NCBI GenBank assembly: GCA_030141605.1
Contig: JAQGDQ010000587.1
Span: 1 to 64,000, forward strand
Direction: 5' to 3'
DNA from: Tubiluchus corallicola
Taxonomy: Eukaryota > Animalia > Priapulida
Length of the DNA: 64,000 bases
The notes under the pieces were generated by a model. The model worked only from the letters and a program-made list of their open reading frames with translations. It was not told the DNA's origin and did no database searches. Numbering within the stretch: the stretch's first letter is position 1; each line of letters starts with the position of its first letter. Shown here piece after piece: positions 37,582-50,600 of the stretch. The translations under genes and the position numbers were made by a program.

Positions 37582-37934
37582 CAGCGTGTCCAGAAAAGAA
37601 CGACCCGATTGTACGAGACAGCCAAAAGAAAGAGATAAAAAACGACAAATTATAAAAAATAGTAATTGCAATTAATTGTTACAATTACCAGCAAAGAATG
37701 GTTATTTTAACATCAGAGATTGTCATATTTGCAGCTCTCGTGGTCATAAATCAGTGGGGGTCTATTAATAATACCGTTTTTTTTGTTCATTTCTTCAACT
37801 TATTTTTGACTTCTTGGACAAAAAGTTAAAATTAGAAACATTACAATATTAGAAAAATAAGAAAATTTTACAACACATTTAAAGTAAATTGTGACAATTT
37901 TATGTCTAACGGGTCTATCTTTTTTGACACCCTG
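37582..37934. mobile_element. Tc1/mariner-type MITE
   Basis: TA|cagcgtgtccagaaaaga...tcttttttgacaccctg|TA. Confidence 0.75.
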
Positions 37935-38075
37935 TACAAGTACTACAAGTCTGCACAATTGGTACAGTAGTACTTGTAGCACCCGATTATTGTGAGTACA
38001 GTAAAGTATTTGACTCACTCGTATAAGCATGACTGGGTTAGCAACATAAAATTCAAGTATAGACATCCCTTCAAC

Positions 38076-38400
38076 ATAATGCATTGATTACAGTTGACGT
38101 GGTAACACTGACATGTACAGGCATGTCTTCCTCATAATGCGTTGATTGCAATCACTATGGTAACACTAACATGTACAGGCATGTCTTCCTCATAATCCAT
38201 TGACTGCAATCGCCATGGTAACACTGACATGTGCAGGCATGCCTTCCTCATAATGCATTGATTGCAATCGCCATGGTAACACTGACATGTGCAGGCATGC
38301 CTTCCTCATAATGCATTGATTGCAATCGCCATGGTAACGCTGACATGTACAGGCATGTCTTTGTAATAATGCACTGATTGCTGTTGCCATGGTAACATGG
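38076..38400. repeat. 58-bp minisatellite (~5.5 units) containing CCATGGTAAC
   Basis: Unit cataatgcattgattgcaatcgccatggtaacactgacatgtgcaggcatgccttcct; unit starts at 38191 and 38249. Confidence 0.9.
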
Positions 38401-38694
38401 AGATCTGTTAGTATGGATTGTCTCTAGTTTCCAGCATCAAATATTAAAAATGTATTAACAAAACAATATTGTTCTCAAGGCAACTTAACCAGGAACATTA
38501 GGCATGGTTCACACCAGAAATGCAACTGGCTCAAAGCCACTAACACCATTAGAACTTTACACAAATGTAACGATAAATAACTTTCATTTTTATATGTGGA
38601 AATTAGTAAATGTTTAAAACCCTACTTCACAAAAGCTGTCAACTTTATTTGTTATTTAGAAATGAATACATTTGAAATTTTGCATGTTGATATA

Positions 38695-41600
38695 TCACAC
38701 ATGTACAGCATCCACTTCTTCTCCCTCCAAACTTTGCAAGCTCGACCTAGCACGACTTCCGCGACTAAGCGCGGCACTTTGTGCGTAATCCCGGTAAGTC
38801 CTTTCAGGACTGCTACTACTAAGGACACTATCATCTATTGTGGCGCCACCGCCAAAATCATACAGATTGTCGTACAGTGAAGTCGCGTTGGCTTCGCGGT
38901 AAAAGCCCTTCGAGGGTTCTGGAGCCGGCGGAGGCGGATCACCGTGGTCGATAGTCACTGGATTGATTTGAGTAACACGCACTTTCGGCCGCGTTCTTGA
39001 ACTAGCACTACTGTTTGAAGAATCGGAGGAATAAGAACTCGACGATTCACGGCGAATATGTTCCGTCGTCTCCTGAGGTAGCGGTGGATCGTCGTCCACA
39101 ATGTCCGTCTCGCGGAATGGACACGAGCCGTTATCTGCACTGTACATGTTGATGGAGTCTCTTTGCGGCGAGGAGGCACTTTCACCTTCGCTGATCCGCA
39201 GCACCGGATCGTACTTTTCAAAACTACCATAGTTAAAATCAAAACTCTCCTGTTCTTCCAGACTTCGAGATTTCTGCGGTTTGAACGTGGAGAGGCGCTG
39301 TTTCCGCTGAGATTTCTCGTTGGCTGCATCAGCGCGCGTTTCCTCTACTGATTCTTCAACCGGTGCATTCACTTCTTCGTGGTTTTTCAATTGAGCCGCT
39401 TTTCTGTCATCAACATCTCTTCTGGCTCTGTTTGCTGCATCAGAAATATGCTTGCGGAACTTCAGCAGCCCGACGGTTTCAAAGACAGGCCATCGTACAG
39501 GTTCACTTTCTTCTGGGATGGAAGCCTCCTTTGGTTGCTCCACAATCGATGGCAACGGCGGTTGGAGCACTTGAGGAATTCGGTCAAAATTTATGTCGAC
39601 AACTTCATTAAGTGTCTCTTTCTCTTCCGGATTGTTTTCAAGTAGCACACTGGTAGGCTCGGGTGTAATGTCTTCTTCTTCGTTTATTGCACTACCCACC
39701 AATGCAAATGTTGTTTCCTCTAACTCTACACTGTTGTTGTTGCGATTCTTGTTTTGGTCCATCGGCTTGTAATAATCCTAAATAAAATCAAAAGGAATTT
39801 TAGAGACATCATTTAAAGGACAAGAAACGTATCTGAAGTGGGTTTTAAAAAAATCGCCTTAAGAAATTATATTACTTTACAACAATTTTATGCATATGTC
39901 TCACTCGCGTTGAAAGGAATTTTTGTTTGTTTCCATTTTAAATCTCCCGCAATACTGTTCCGACGGCGCCACTTCATGACATCATATACGTGCAACGTAA
40001 ATCAGGGGAAGAAAAGACAATGTTAAATTATGTTCCAAAAAGTTTTCCACACCAATCTATATTACTTAGCATTTCGCTTAACTACTGGAAAGACTTATAT
40101 AAGTGTGCGTGCTAATTGGTAAAATGTCGCTGCCTCACCCTCCAGGGTGCGCCACTCACTTGCCAAAATCTTATTGACAAGATACAGTAATTTAAAATTT
40201 TACTTAATTAGCAACGTGTATGCTACGAATGTTCTGATTATTATTTCAAACTTTACTTAATGTTATCAAAACTTGTTTCAAATGACCTACCACTAAAAAG
40301 GCTGCGACTAACTGTCATCGCGCGAGTTTAAATTTACAAGTTTTATACAGAATCACTGCTGACACAAGCCCTGTATGCAAAAAGGCAGTATGTAAGAGGT
40401 ATAAAATTGCAAAGCAAATTTTTTAAGCTTTATGTAAATGCAGGGTTTTCTTGTGCTTTAAACAAAAACAGGATGATTTTTCACATCCTACCCAATTCTG
40501 AGGTACGGTTAAATGTATGAAATGTAACATCTATCATAATGCTAAGCTTTTCTGATAATTAAATCGTACGGTAAAAACTTAATAAACCCTTTTGCCGTTC
40601 CAGCGATTGACGATGGTGTGGTTAAGATGCATTGGAGTGATGGTTATAGTTAAGACGCGTTGCTGTGGTACACTTAACCTTTAACCGACAGCAAATGCGC
40701 GTGCGCACAACGAAACTGTGATAAGGCTTAGTAATGGTGGGTGAGCCCAACTAGTGATGACATCAGAACTGAATGTAATTTTCAGCAGCATAAAACATTC
40801 CACGAGCGTGTTACACATGTTTGCAAAAGCAAAAATTGAAATACAAAAGTAATATATGCAATTTTGAGACAAATTTTTTAGGTTTTATTTAGGCCCAAAT
40901 TGTACACAGTAATTTATTTGAAGGAAGACAGGATGATTTTTGATATACTGCCCATTTTCAAGTCAAATAAAAACTATACATTTTAATGCAATTAATACTG
41001 CAAAAGCATTTCTGGTAATTAAATTATAGATTAAAAACTTAATTAGTGGTGGGCCAACCCAAGTATTAATGACATCACAAACTAACATAATTGGCAACAG
41101 CAAAAATATTCCATATGCATGTAGCACGTGTTTGTAAAAGCGAAAATTGAAGTAAGCTACTGTAAGAGATTCAATGTGTTGTACTAAAGCTCAGCAAGTT
41201 TTGAAACAAAATTTCAGATTTGCCGCTGTGCTCACGCATGAGCTGTCGAATGTTTGTAGTTCGTCACAAACTAACACATCCGAACTGAGAGATACAGCAC
41301 CTGTTTTTGTGTAATGCATTTCCAAAATACATGCGCTGGTGGCCGTCTATCTAGCAAACGGCGAAATACATGTAACAGTGAAGAACTAGTGGCGCGAATG
41401 AAATTGTGTTTGTGTGGTAGTAACTCTTTCAAGTAAGTCATTTTTGAAAAAAATAGTATGTTTCCTTTCAATATTTTAAAGAGCAGTTTGCCCTGACCTA
41501 CAGTTTAAGATTGGGTCCAGTTTGGTTGTAACACAATTATGCAATCCCACGTCCAGAATGTGATGTATTTACAAAGGCAGGTCACATGATATGATACATT

Positions 41601-44600
41601 TTGTTCAAATCTGTCAGTTTGCCAAAATTTGCAATGTAAATTTAAATGCAATGCAACGTTTTGTAAGAGCTTGTTGTTAAGCTAAGTAGTAGCAGATAAA
41701 GTAAATATATCACTGTAACATTGCATTCCAATTTGGTAGTGATTGCTGTTATTAAACTGTGTAGTGTTAAACTGAGAAACTATTATGTTGTCGTACAGAT
41801 GAGCTAAACGAACCACTTTCACACTACGTTTCTGCTGTAATGTTAAAGATTGCAGTTATTAAGCTGTGTAGTACAGTCAATTCTTCTCTGCACCATTTTC
41901 CTGAATGAGGGCTTTCAGTTGAGCCAAAATGCAGCACTTTGAAGATATTCTTCGAATTTGTTACAGTTTACTGTTATTAAATTAACTTCTTTTCTGTACA
42001 ATATTGCTATGCACAGGTCACAGATGAGTGAAAATATGCAACGTTAATGCTATTCTTCCCTTTGTCAGAATGAGTTATTAAATTAAGTAGTATGGTTAAT
42101 TCTTTTCTGTACCTTTTTTCCTATACACAGCTTATAAACGAGCCAAGTTGTGCTAGTTTAATGAAATCTTCACTTTGCCAAGGTTACTGTTATTAAATTA
42201 GTATGGTCATCTCTTCTCTGTAACTCCTCCAGTATATGTCATACAGAGAAACTAACCGTACTACTACTACTACAGCTATTTTTACATTTGGAAGGTATTA
42301 GTTACCTGCAGTTGAGAATTATGACACGGCACTTCCGGTGCAAGTCTCACCTTTCCATTGTGTTTCCCAGGAGTGTCATCTACAGCAGTATTGTAGGGTT
42401 CATCCTGCCGTGATCGTCGGGAGTCTCTCTTCCTCTGAAACTTGGCCCTTTTCGACCTGGAAGCACAACAGTGCAGAACAGTGTAATTAGTCATGCTTTG
42501 TGTGTAACGAATGCTCTTAGGCCGAGAATAAAAATACACGCATATCTCGGTTTGCCGGACCTCGCTTTCACGGATATCGGACAAAATCTGGGCCGTTAAA
42601 AGTCCCGCATACTACGGACACAGTTCGTTGTTACGCGAGTTGACCACTAGTTGGCGGGCCGTCACTTTGTTTACATCAGTGCAACAAAGCAGCGTGTAAC
42701 GAAACATGTGTAGTTTGGATGTCAGAAGCGGCCCATGCTAGACGTTTTTGAGACAATTGATTCTACATGACGGTGAGTCTAATACACGGTACCTACTCTA
42801 TTAGCTTAGTATCAGTAAATACGGACAATCAACAAATTCGGACCGACGTCTCCCCGCTTTTGACCAGCAAACCGAGATATGAGTGTACTTCTGCTTCCAT
42901 CTAATCGTCCGGGTAACATTTTTTTTATCGCACACCCGGCTGGGAATACTAAACACATATTCATATACTTACGTGCCACAGCCATATAAAATCGTATATT
43001 TTCAGTTTAACAAGCAATGATTATTATAATAGCAAAGTTTCGGCGAAGACGCAGCCATGCTTTTCTTCAGCTAGCTGTCGAACAGCGTTTTGTATGATGC
43101 TGATTATCGCATTGGAGGCCAAAAAGTATCGTATTTTCCAGCAAATCAGCATATTGATGAGTAGTGTTGCCATTTATACTATAATTGTTATAACATATAT
43201 TCATACCATACAAAAAACAGACTATACAATAATCGATAATTATGCGCTGATTTGGTAAAGCGAAACCAATAACTAAAAATCAAAGCTTGAAAAAATGTGC
43301 ATTACAAAAAAATTAAGACATTACTGCTAACCAGTGGGAAATAAATAAACTTTAATTATAATTATTCAGCTTTAAACATTCACATTCACAACTCCTTCAG
43401 GACTGCACCATTCAGAATAGGTTTTATAAGACCTACGACTTTTTTGTTACTGTATGAGCACAGACATAACTAAATGATTACAAATTATGCACTGTTCTAT
43501 TCAGGAGAATCTCGGCTATCCCTTCATGTTATTTGTGTAAACATTTATAAGTGACTTAATTGGATAAAATTACGAAAAAAGCCTTTTTCAAGCACTCAAA
43601 CTTAGTCTATTGAGTAGCTTAGTTTGGTGCACACTTGCATGATCGTACACACTATTTTATGATCGCCTGCTTACTACAGCCCAAATTGCGCAGAGTTCTG
43701 CTGCTATTCCAGGAAAAATCAACTGATCAGCCAAGGTCAAATTAAGGTCGTTTCATCTTTTAACAAGAATTTCTCCTTAAAAACAGAGTAGGAATGAGGA
43801 CAAAGTGTAGCCGAGTGTTGTATCTGGACAGTTAAACTTTTCTGAATTAGCCGATTTCACACAAGTGATACTGTACATTGTTGCAGTGGAAACACTGCAC
43901 TTACTGAAAATTTTTCAATTTATTAGTCAAAAATCGATTTTTAATTTGTCGATGGTGAACAAATGCATTTTATATCTAATTTTGCATGAAAATCCCTTGT
44001 GTGTGAAGTAGAAACCTACAAAAATATCAAATATAATGTAATCAGTGCTTAGTGAGAGAGTTTTTCATGAATCCATGCAAAATACAGCAAACGCTTACGG
44101 TCCTGAAGGAGTTAATATACAACAAATAGTATTCTTATATTACTGCACCTGCAAGACAAAAACAAAGTTTTTTTCTGGACGGGCCTTACAAAGACAGGCA
44201 GGAGAGCTGTTAACGAACTAACATTTTTTTTACAAAACTGCAACTGTTCTTCCAGGAACAGGAAATGCAATCCCAACCCGAAATCTTCATAATTTCAAAT
44301 TTTAAACCGAAACTCGTTTAGATTTTTCTCAGAAAACATACATCTAATAAACTTTTCATACCTTGATTTATACCAAGCGAGAACGAAGACACCTACAAGA
44401 ACTAGCAGTCCTATTATCAAAGCCGTTGCCGTTATCACTCTGTCCCTGTACTGCTCCTCTTTGCCTAGAAAAATGTGCACGTAAATGAGAAAAACAGAAC
44501 GAAGAAGTCTTTCCTTCCAAGAATGTGAGAGTATGTCTCTTGCAACTGTAAAATCGCAATCGGATGGAGTCTTGCATCCTTGTAGAATTTCATTTACAAA

Positions 44601-47600
44601 TATTTAAACTGATTAGTGGCAGCTCGTAGCTAAAATTACTGGGGGTGCTGGTTGAGAAAAAATTTTGTCACTGTTTTAATTCTGTGTGAAACGAAACAAT
44701 TTTAATGTTTTCGAAATTGTAATTTTAAACAAACAAACACATGAAACCTTATACATAAACTTGATGAAATCCAGAACAAAATTAATATTGTTTTGCTTAG
44801 GAATGACAGCCTAAATTGTCGCAGTTCAACAATATGCCAGTCCACGGCTTTTAAGCACGAGTCAAACTGACATGTACTTAGCCGCATGCGCACAACAGCC
44901 AAACACCACGTTGCTTGAGCCGTGGAGCAAACACTACTACCCTCACATGCTCTGGACTGTACAAGTACAAAGAAAGAACTAAAGAAAAAAGAGAAAAAAG
45001 ACTTATTATATTGAATATTATCGATAATAATGAGTGAAAGTAGGGGGTGCTGCAGTTCCACAGTACCTATACACGAGCCGCCACTAAAACTGATAAAAAT
45101 TGTCACTCAGTACAGACTGCTCGTTATTTGAAAGATACAATTTAGTGAACACTAAATGACTTTACATTAAAATTTTAACGAAATTAAAAGCAGGAAATAT
45201 TTATTTACTATCTCATAATAACAATTAAGAAAATTAAAGTTGTTAGTTTCTAAATTTAAACTATTCTTAGATCAAAATCTCATGACATAAGAATTTTGCA
45301 TGCACTGCAATTTATCATTCGTGTGAAATAACTAAAATGAGTTTTTTCGTCAGATTTTGCTTCACAGATTTCAGTTAACAAACAATTGACTTGTGATTTA
45401 AGTGTGAAATTGCTGCAAATACTAACATGGGAAATCTTTACAGAAAATTAATTAAGGAAGGTTCATGACAAAAGTAAAATTTGGTTTATAGGGAACATTC
45501 GAAATTAAGTATCTCAGCCCAGGGTTAACTTTTAAAATCTGAGCACTTTCAGTACCAGCAGGCTATGACGGCATCTTTGCGTCCATCGCGCATAGCAGAA
45601 ATCACTTCATTGTAATCAACTTGCTGTGAATATTTCCCATGCTGTAGCACTTGCAATAAACTCATTTTTCAACCGAAGTGGTATTGACAAGCCATTGGCA
45701 CAGCAGTGCTTATGATGCAAGTCTTGAAGCATTCTAGATAGAGGCCAGCAAAAAAAATTGCTAAATGCTACCGCATTTGCAGCAAGAAGCCTGCAATAGT
45801 CGATTGTGTGTCAAGCAAACCAAGTGTTTCTAACCCAAAAGGAAGTCTGCTCACAAAATCTGACTACAAAACGCAACTCATTATCAAATTAAAACACGAT
45901 AAAATAAATAGAGCCACCACGATAGTAATCCGCCAAAAATAGTCCAGTAAAGCAACATGCTGAATGATGATTGGTTTGTGAAAAATACTACCTGCCATCG
46001 TACAATTTAAAAATAATCAAAAAAGGTCGAATTGCTAAATATCATTCCAGGAAATCTTTGAAAATAATGTTAGTTGACACAAAGCTTTGCACAGCGGATT
46101 AATACAAAGAGAGAAAATTAATAGCAGTAATGAAGGAGAGATAGATCCAATAACATGCATTAACAACAGCGTGCTTAAACAAGTAAAGAAGCACAGAATG
46201 ATACAAGAAAGGAAAGGTATAACCGCATGCACTATAACTAAACACACATACAAAAGAGGCGACTTTCGTGCGAGGATCTTCAGAGAACTACTTATAAACG
46301 TGCTTGTCCCATTTGCCAAACGTGTGCCATGCACGGTCGCGCCACCTAGTAGTGGACATGCGTTCACACGATGACATCGGCAAGATGTCATGCGACGTAC
46401 GTACTTTTGTAGTCTTGTAATACAAGTATGGGATCCCTATACTCGCAACGGTCGCCACCATACCCAGACTTACACCTGGAGACATGTAACAATGCAATTA
46501 GCAATGCTCATTGTAACACGAATACGTGTTAACAATGTGCAGTTCAGCGTAACAATGCAATAACAATGCTCATTGTTAACAAGTGTTAACAATGTGCAGT
46601 ATAGCGTAAAAATGCAATAACAATGCTCATTGTTTGTTAACAATGTGCAGCACAGCGTAACAATGCAATAACAATGCTCATTGTTAACAAATGTTAACAA
46701 TGCATAGTACAGCGTAGCAATGCATGTTAATTAACACAGTAGAAAAAACATAGGCCTTGTCTTTTTTAGTCCTCAAAACATAATATCGTTTAACCTGGCA
46801 GTTCGTAACAAACGTAATGTATGAAGTACAGGGTGTCTCAAAAGTCGCTAATAATAGTACACTTTGTTTCCTAATTTCATTTTTAAAATTTTCTTCAAAC
46901 TCACAAAGTTGTTGCAAGAATCAAAAGGGGCATTTGGCAATTATTTCTCTATCTTTTTTCACTGGAGTCCCCGTTGCTATGACAATAATAGTAACATTAA
47001 AAATGAGGTACAAAATCTGGCATGAGGTCCTTTGATTGCCAACAGAAGTTCATGGGAAATTCAGATCGCTGTATGGACCGTTTTCTTTCACTATTAACAA
47101 TGTAGATTTTCAACAAAGTGCAGCTCTTCCTCACCACTTTCTCAATGCAAGATACTCGACTTGCCATTGGATTGGTGTGTAGAGCTCTTGAAGTCATTGA
47201 AGAAAGTGTGGAAAATAGCAAAGCTACTACTGCAGCAGATTCTTTTCAGATTTTTGCCTAATTTGACTAACAGGAACAGCCAAAGGTTTTGGCTCATATG
47301 TACCAGTTTTCAAACATTTTACTTTGTAGTCTGAAATATAATAGGAAATGTTAAATGTATAGTACCTTTCGAGACACCCTGTATATTTGTGTCGTTTTGT
47401 TTGCAAATGTTTGCCAAGATGTCATGTTTTGATGACATAACATTAAAAACGCACGATAAAGGCAACTTTAAATATGCCAGGCACAATACAAAAACATGAT
47501 TTTTCTTGTTAATAAAGAAAGCTGAGTTAACTGCCATTAACATGGAGTTTTTGTAAAATATCAAACTCAGGATGAAGCTGAACACTAGTGGCCCATGACA

Positions 47601-50600
47601 GTTGACACAGATTTCAAAATTTTCGGATTAGTTAATACCATTAAAACATATTATGACAATACAATCATGTCACAATGATTCATTATGCAATACAGCTTCC
47701 ACCAGGACAAGGCACTCCCCACATAGATAAGCACAAACAGACAAACAGAGAGAACTCCGGGGTGCAAATTCACCCAAAAGCGCACAGGCGTTATACCTCT
47801 GTCGAACACCGGCGAAGGATGTACAGGAATATCCCGCGTTCCACAGCGATTACCAGTCCAACCCTCAGAACAACTGTGTGAATTCATAGTAAATTTGAAC
47901 CATTCAAAAATGACAATTGTACCTTAAGTGAGTTTTTTATTATCTAATTATTGTTTAAATTGGAAGAAAATGCAATTTTGAAGAAGGGAATGTCCCCCAA
48001 AAAACTTTCCACACAAACTTACAATACTTAGAATTACACTTATGTGTTTGAAAGACATATGTACCGTATTTTCCCATGTATAAGAGACCCTTATGTATAA
48101 GAGACCCCTTCAATTTTTAGGCAAAAATTCTGGAAAAAAGTTTTTTGGTAATGAATAACTTTATTCATCATAGAAATCATTAAATTCCTCATCACTCTCA
48201 TCAAAAATATCAACTGGAGTCAGACCTTCAGCAATTCCAGCCAGTTCATCATCAGAGGAGTCACTCTGCTCAAAATTGGCATTGTCCTCTTTTGACATTT
48301 AAAAAAAATAATAACTTACCCGGTACATTAATTTTATCATTAGAATTTAGCCATGGAGAAGATTTATTGAAAGGAAACTATAATTATTCGAAATAAAACA
48401 GTTGTAGAGCACTTATTTCTTTAAAATCATTAGTGTCACAATTTATGCATCTTATTGAAAAGACTTACTCCCATGTATAAGAGACCCCTTATTTTTAAAG
48501 TGAAAATTCTGAGCAAAAAAGGGTCTCTTATACACGGGAAAATACGGTAATTAGAAAAGAAAATTCTTAATAATTTAAAATGTTCACGCTAACCGGTAAA
48601 ACGTCACTGATTCACTATCCCAGTGTGCACTATTGGCCCACCAAAACACATTCTTGATCTTATTAACAATATAATATAATTTAAACTTTAGCTTAGTTAG
48701 TGAAGTGTGTGCTACGAATGCCCTGATTATTTTTCAAACTTTGCGTAATGCTATCTAAACTTGCTTCAAATGACCTACGATCAAAATTGCTGCGCCTGAC
48801 GGTCATTACGGGAGTTTAAATTTACATGATTTTATACAGCGTTGCTGTTAATAAAAACTCTGTATGCCATAAGACAGTAAGTGGTACAAAATTTTAGGAC
48901 GAAATTTTTTGCTTTAATTCGACAGCAGGGTTTTGTCTTCTACTTAATGTTAATTCATTTATTTCGCAAACTAAACTTTATGCTACATAGAAGTCACACG
49001 TCATAATAATTTAATTAATGGGAGTAGCCTTGTAGCTGTCTACTCTGAGTCCCGGTCCCACCACATCGCTAATATCCCTGTGCTCCCCATTTCTCCAGAT
49101 TTAACGTGTTTTCTTTGTAGGGTACATTAACATTTGTTCCTAAAATTATATTCGCGTATAATCATAAATCGTTTCTACTTTCGAAACTTTTCCAGTAGAT
49201 GGCAGCACCGACCCTATATACTGGTATAATGCTGGATCGTTGTGCATACGTAGCTGAATATACAACATTGGGTGTTGTAAAGGGCACAAATAACTAGCTG
49301 TTAATCAATATCTTACTAATTACCTGCGTTTTGTGCAGACAAAAGAAGCTGCAGTTTCACACCTGTTTAGGCTTATAAAATCAGTTTTAACACTTCTCCA
49401 CTGAACTATTATTGATTTTAGTAGTAGGCATAGTAACTTTACCCCGATCAATACATTCACACATCTACTCGCTAATGTATCATTCACCCGATTTACTTAA
49501 GTAATTTTATGCACAAATAATTGACTAAACCACGTTTATTGTTCTTTTTTAACAGTAAACAAGTAAACAGCAAGTCGACTGTGAGAGCTGGGGATGGGTT
49601 TAAGTATCATGTACTACAAGGGTCAATTTTGGGCCCTTGCTTTTTTTTGGTCTATATCAATGATCTGCCTAACATATCCAGACTGCTCAGTTTTAGATTA
49701 TTTGCAGTCGATACGAAAATATTTTATGCAAATACTACTTTAAATGAAATTCGGAATGTCATAAATGCAGAGATTCCTAAGTTAAGTATGTGTTTTCGCA
49801 CCAATAAATTATCGCTAAACCTAGAAAAACTAGCTATGTTATTTTCAGAGGTAGATCTATTATAAATAGATATAAGAAAATCTTAATGGGTGCAATGTAG
49901 AAGAAAAGGAGTATGTTAAATACTTAGATGTAATTTTAGACAACAAAATGACTTGAAAACAGCCTATAAATCATATAAAGGTAAAACTTGCTTAGTCTTC
50001 TGGCATATTATATAAATTAGGCTTGTATACTCATGTAGAAACTCTTGTAAAAGTTTACTTTGGTATTGTTTATCCTTATCTTTGCTATGGATTATTAAGT
50101 TATGGATCTGCTTTTGCTTTACAAAACAAATGCATTAGAACCAGTTATAAGCTTGGCCTGCGAGTCGTTATCAAATGTACCCGAATCTTTTATCTGGTAC
50201 ACTTAACCTTTGACTTTTCACGACCGTCATCAATCTGTGGAACTGTAAAAAGGCTTATTGCCATAGTAATGTACTGAACTGTGCATTGCTTGTTGTCAAA
50301 CGAAGTGTGAACATAGCTTTAAGTTTTTGGAAAACACAAATGAAAGTGGAACAAGGAAAAAGAAGTAATCTGAAGAGCAAGTTATGGGGGTAAATGGGTA
50401 AAAAGGATAGGAGGGGCAAAGTAATTATGTGAACAAAATTATGGTTGTTGCATTTTACCTGCAAAACATGGGGGATCCAAACTGTGTGTCGGTGACCCGG
50501 TAGCATGTCCCTGAGTTGAGGCAATAATTTACGTAAACTCCGCTACACTTTTCATAATAGCCAACCGAATGATTGTCTGTAAAAAAGAAAAAAGGTCTAT

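Noticed and set aside
38076-38400. Regular repeats resembling a CRISPR array (also 46484-46735 and 52035-52490)
   Set aside because: The units are contiguous with no unique spacers, there are no cas genes, and the context is eukaryotic.
46288-46497. ORF-track peptide GVSLGMVATVASIGIPYLYYK as an alternative TM exon
   Set aside because: Another frame gives a correctly spaced EGF Cys5-Cys6 segment with matching phases at both ends. The hydrophobic reading would exit in phase 0, which is incompatible with the next exons.
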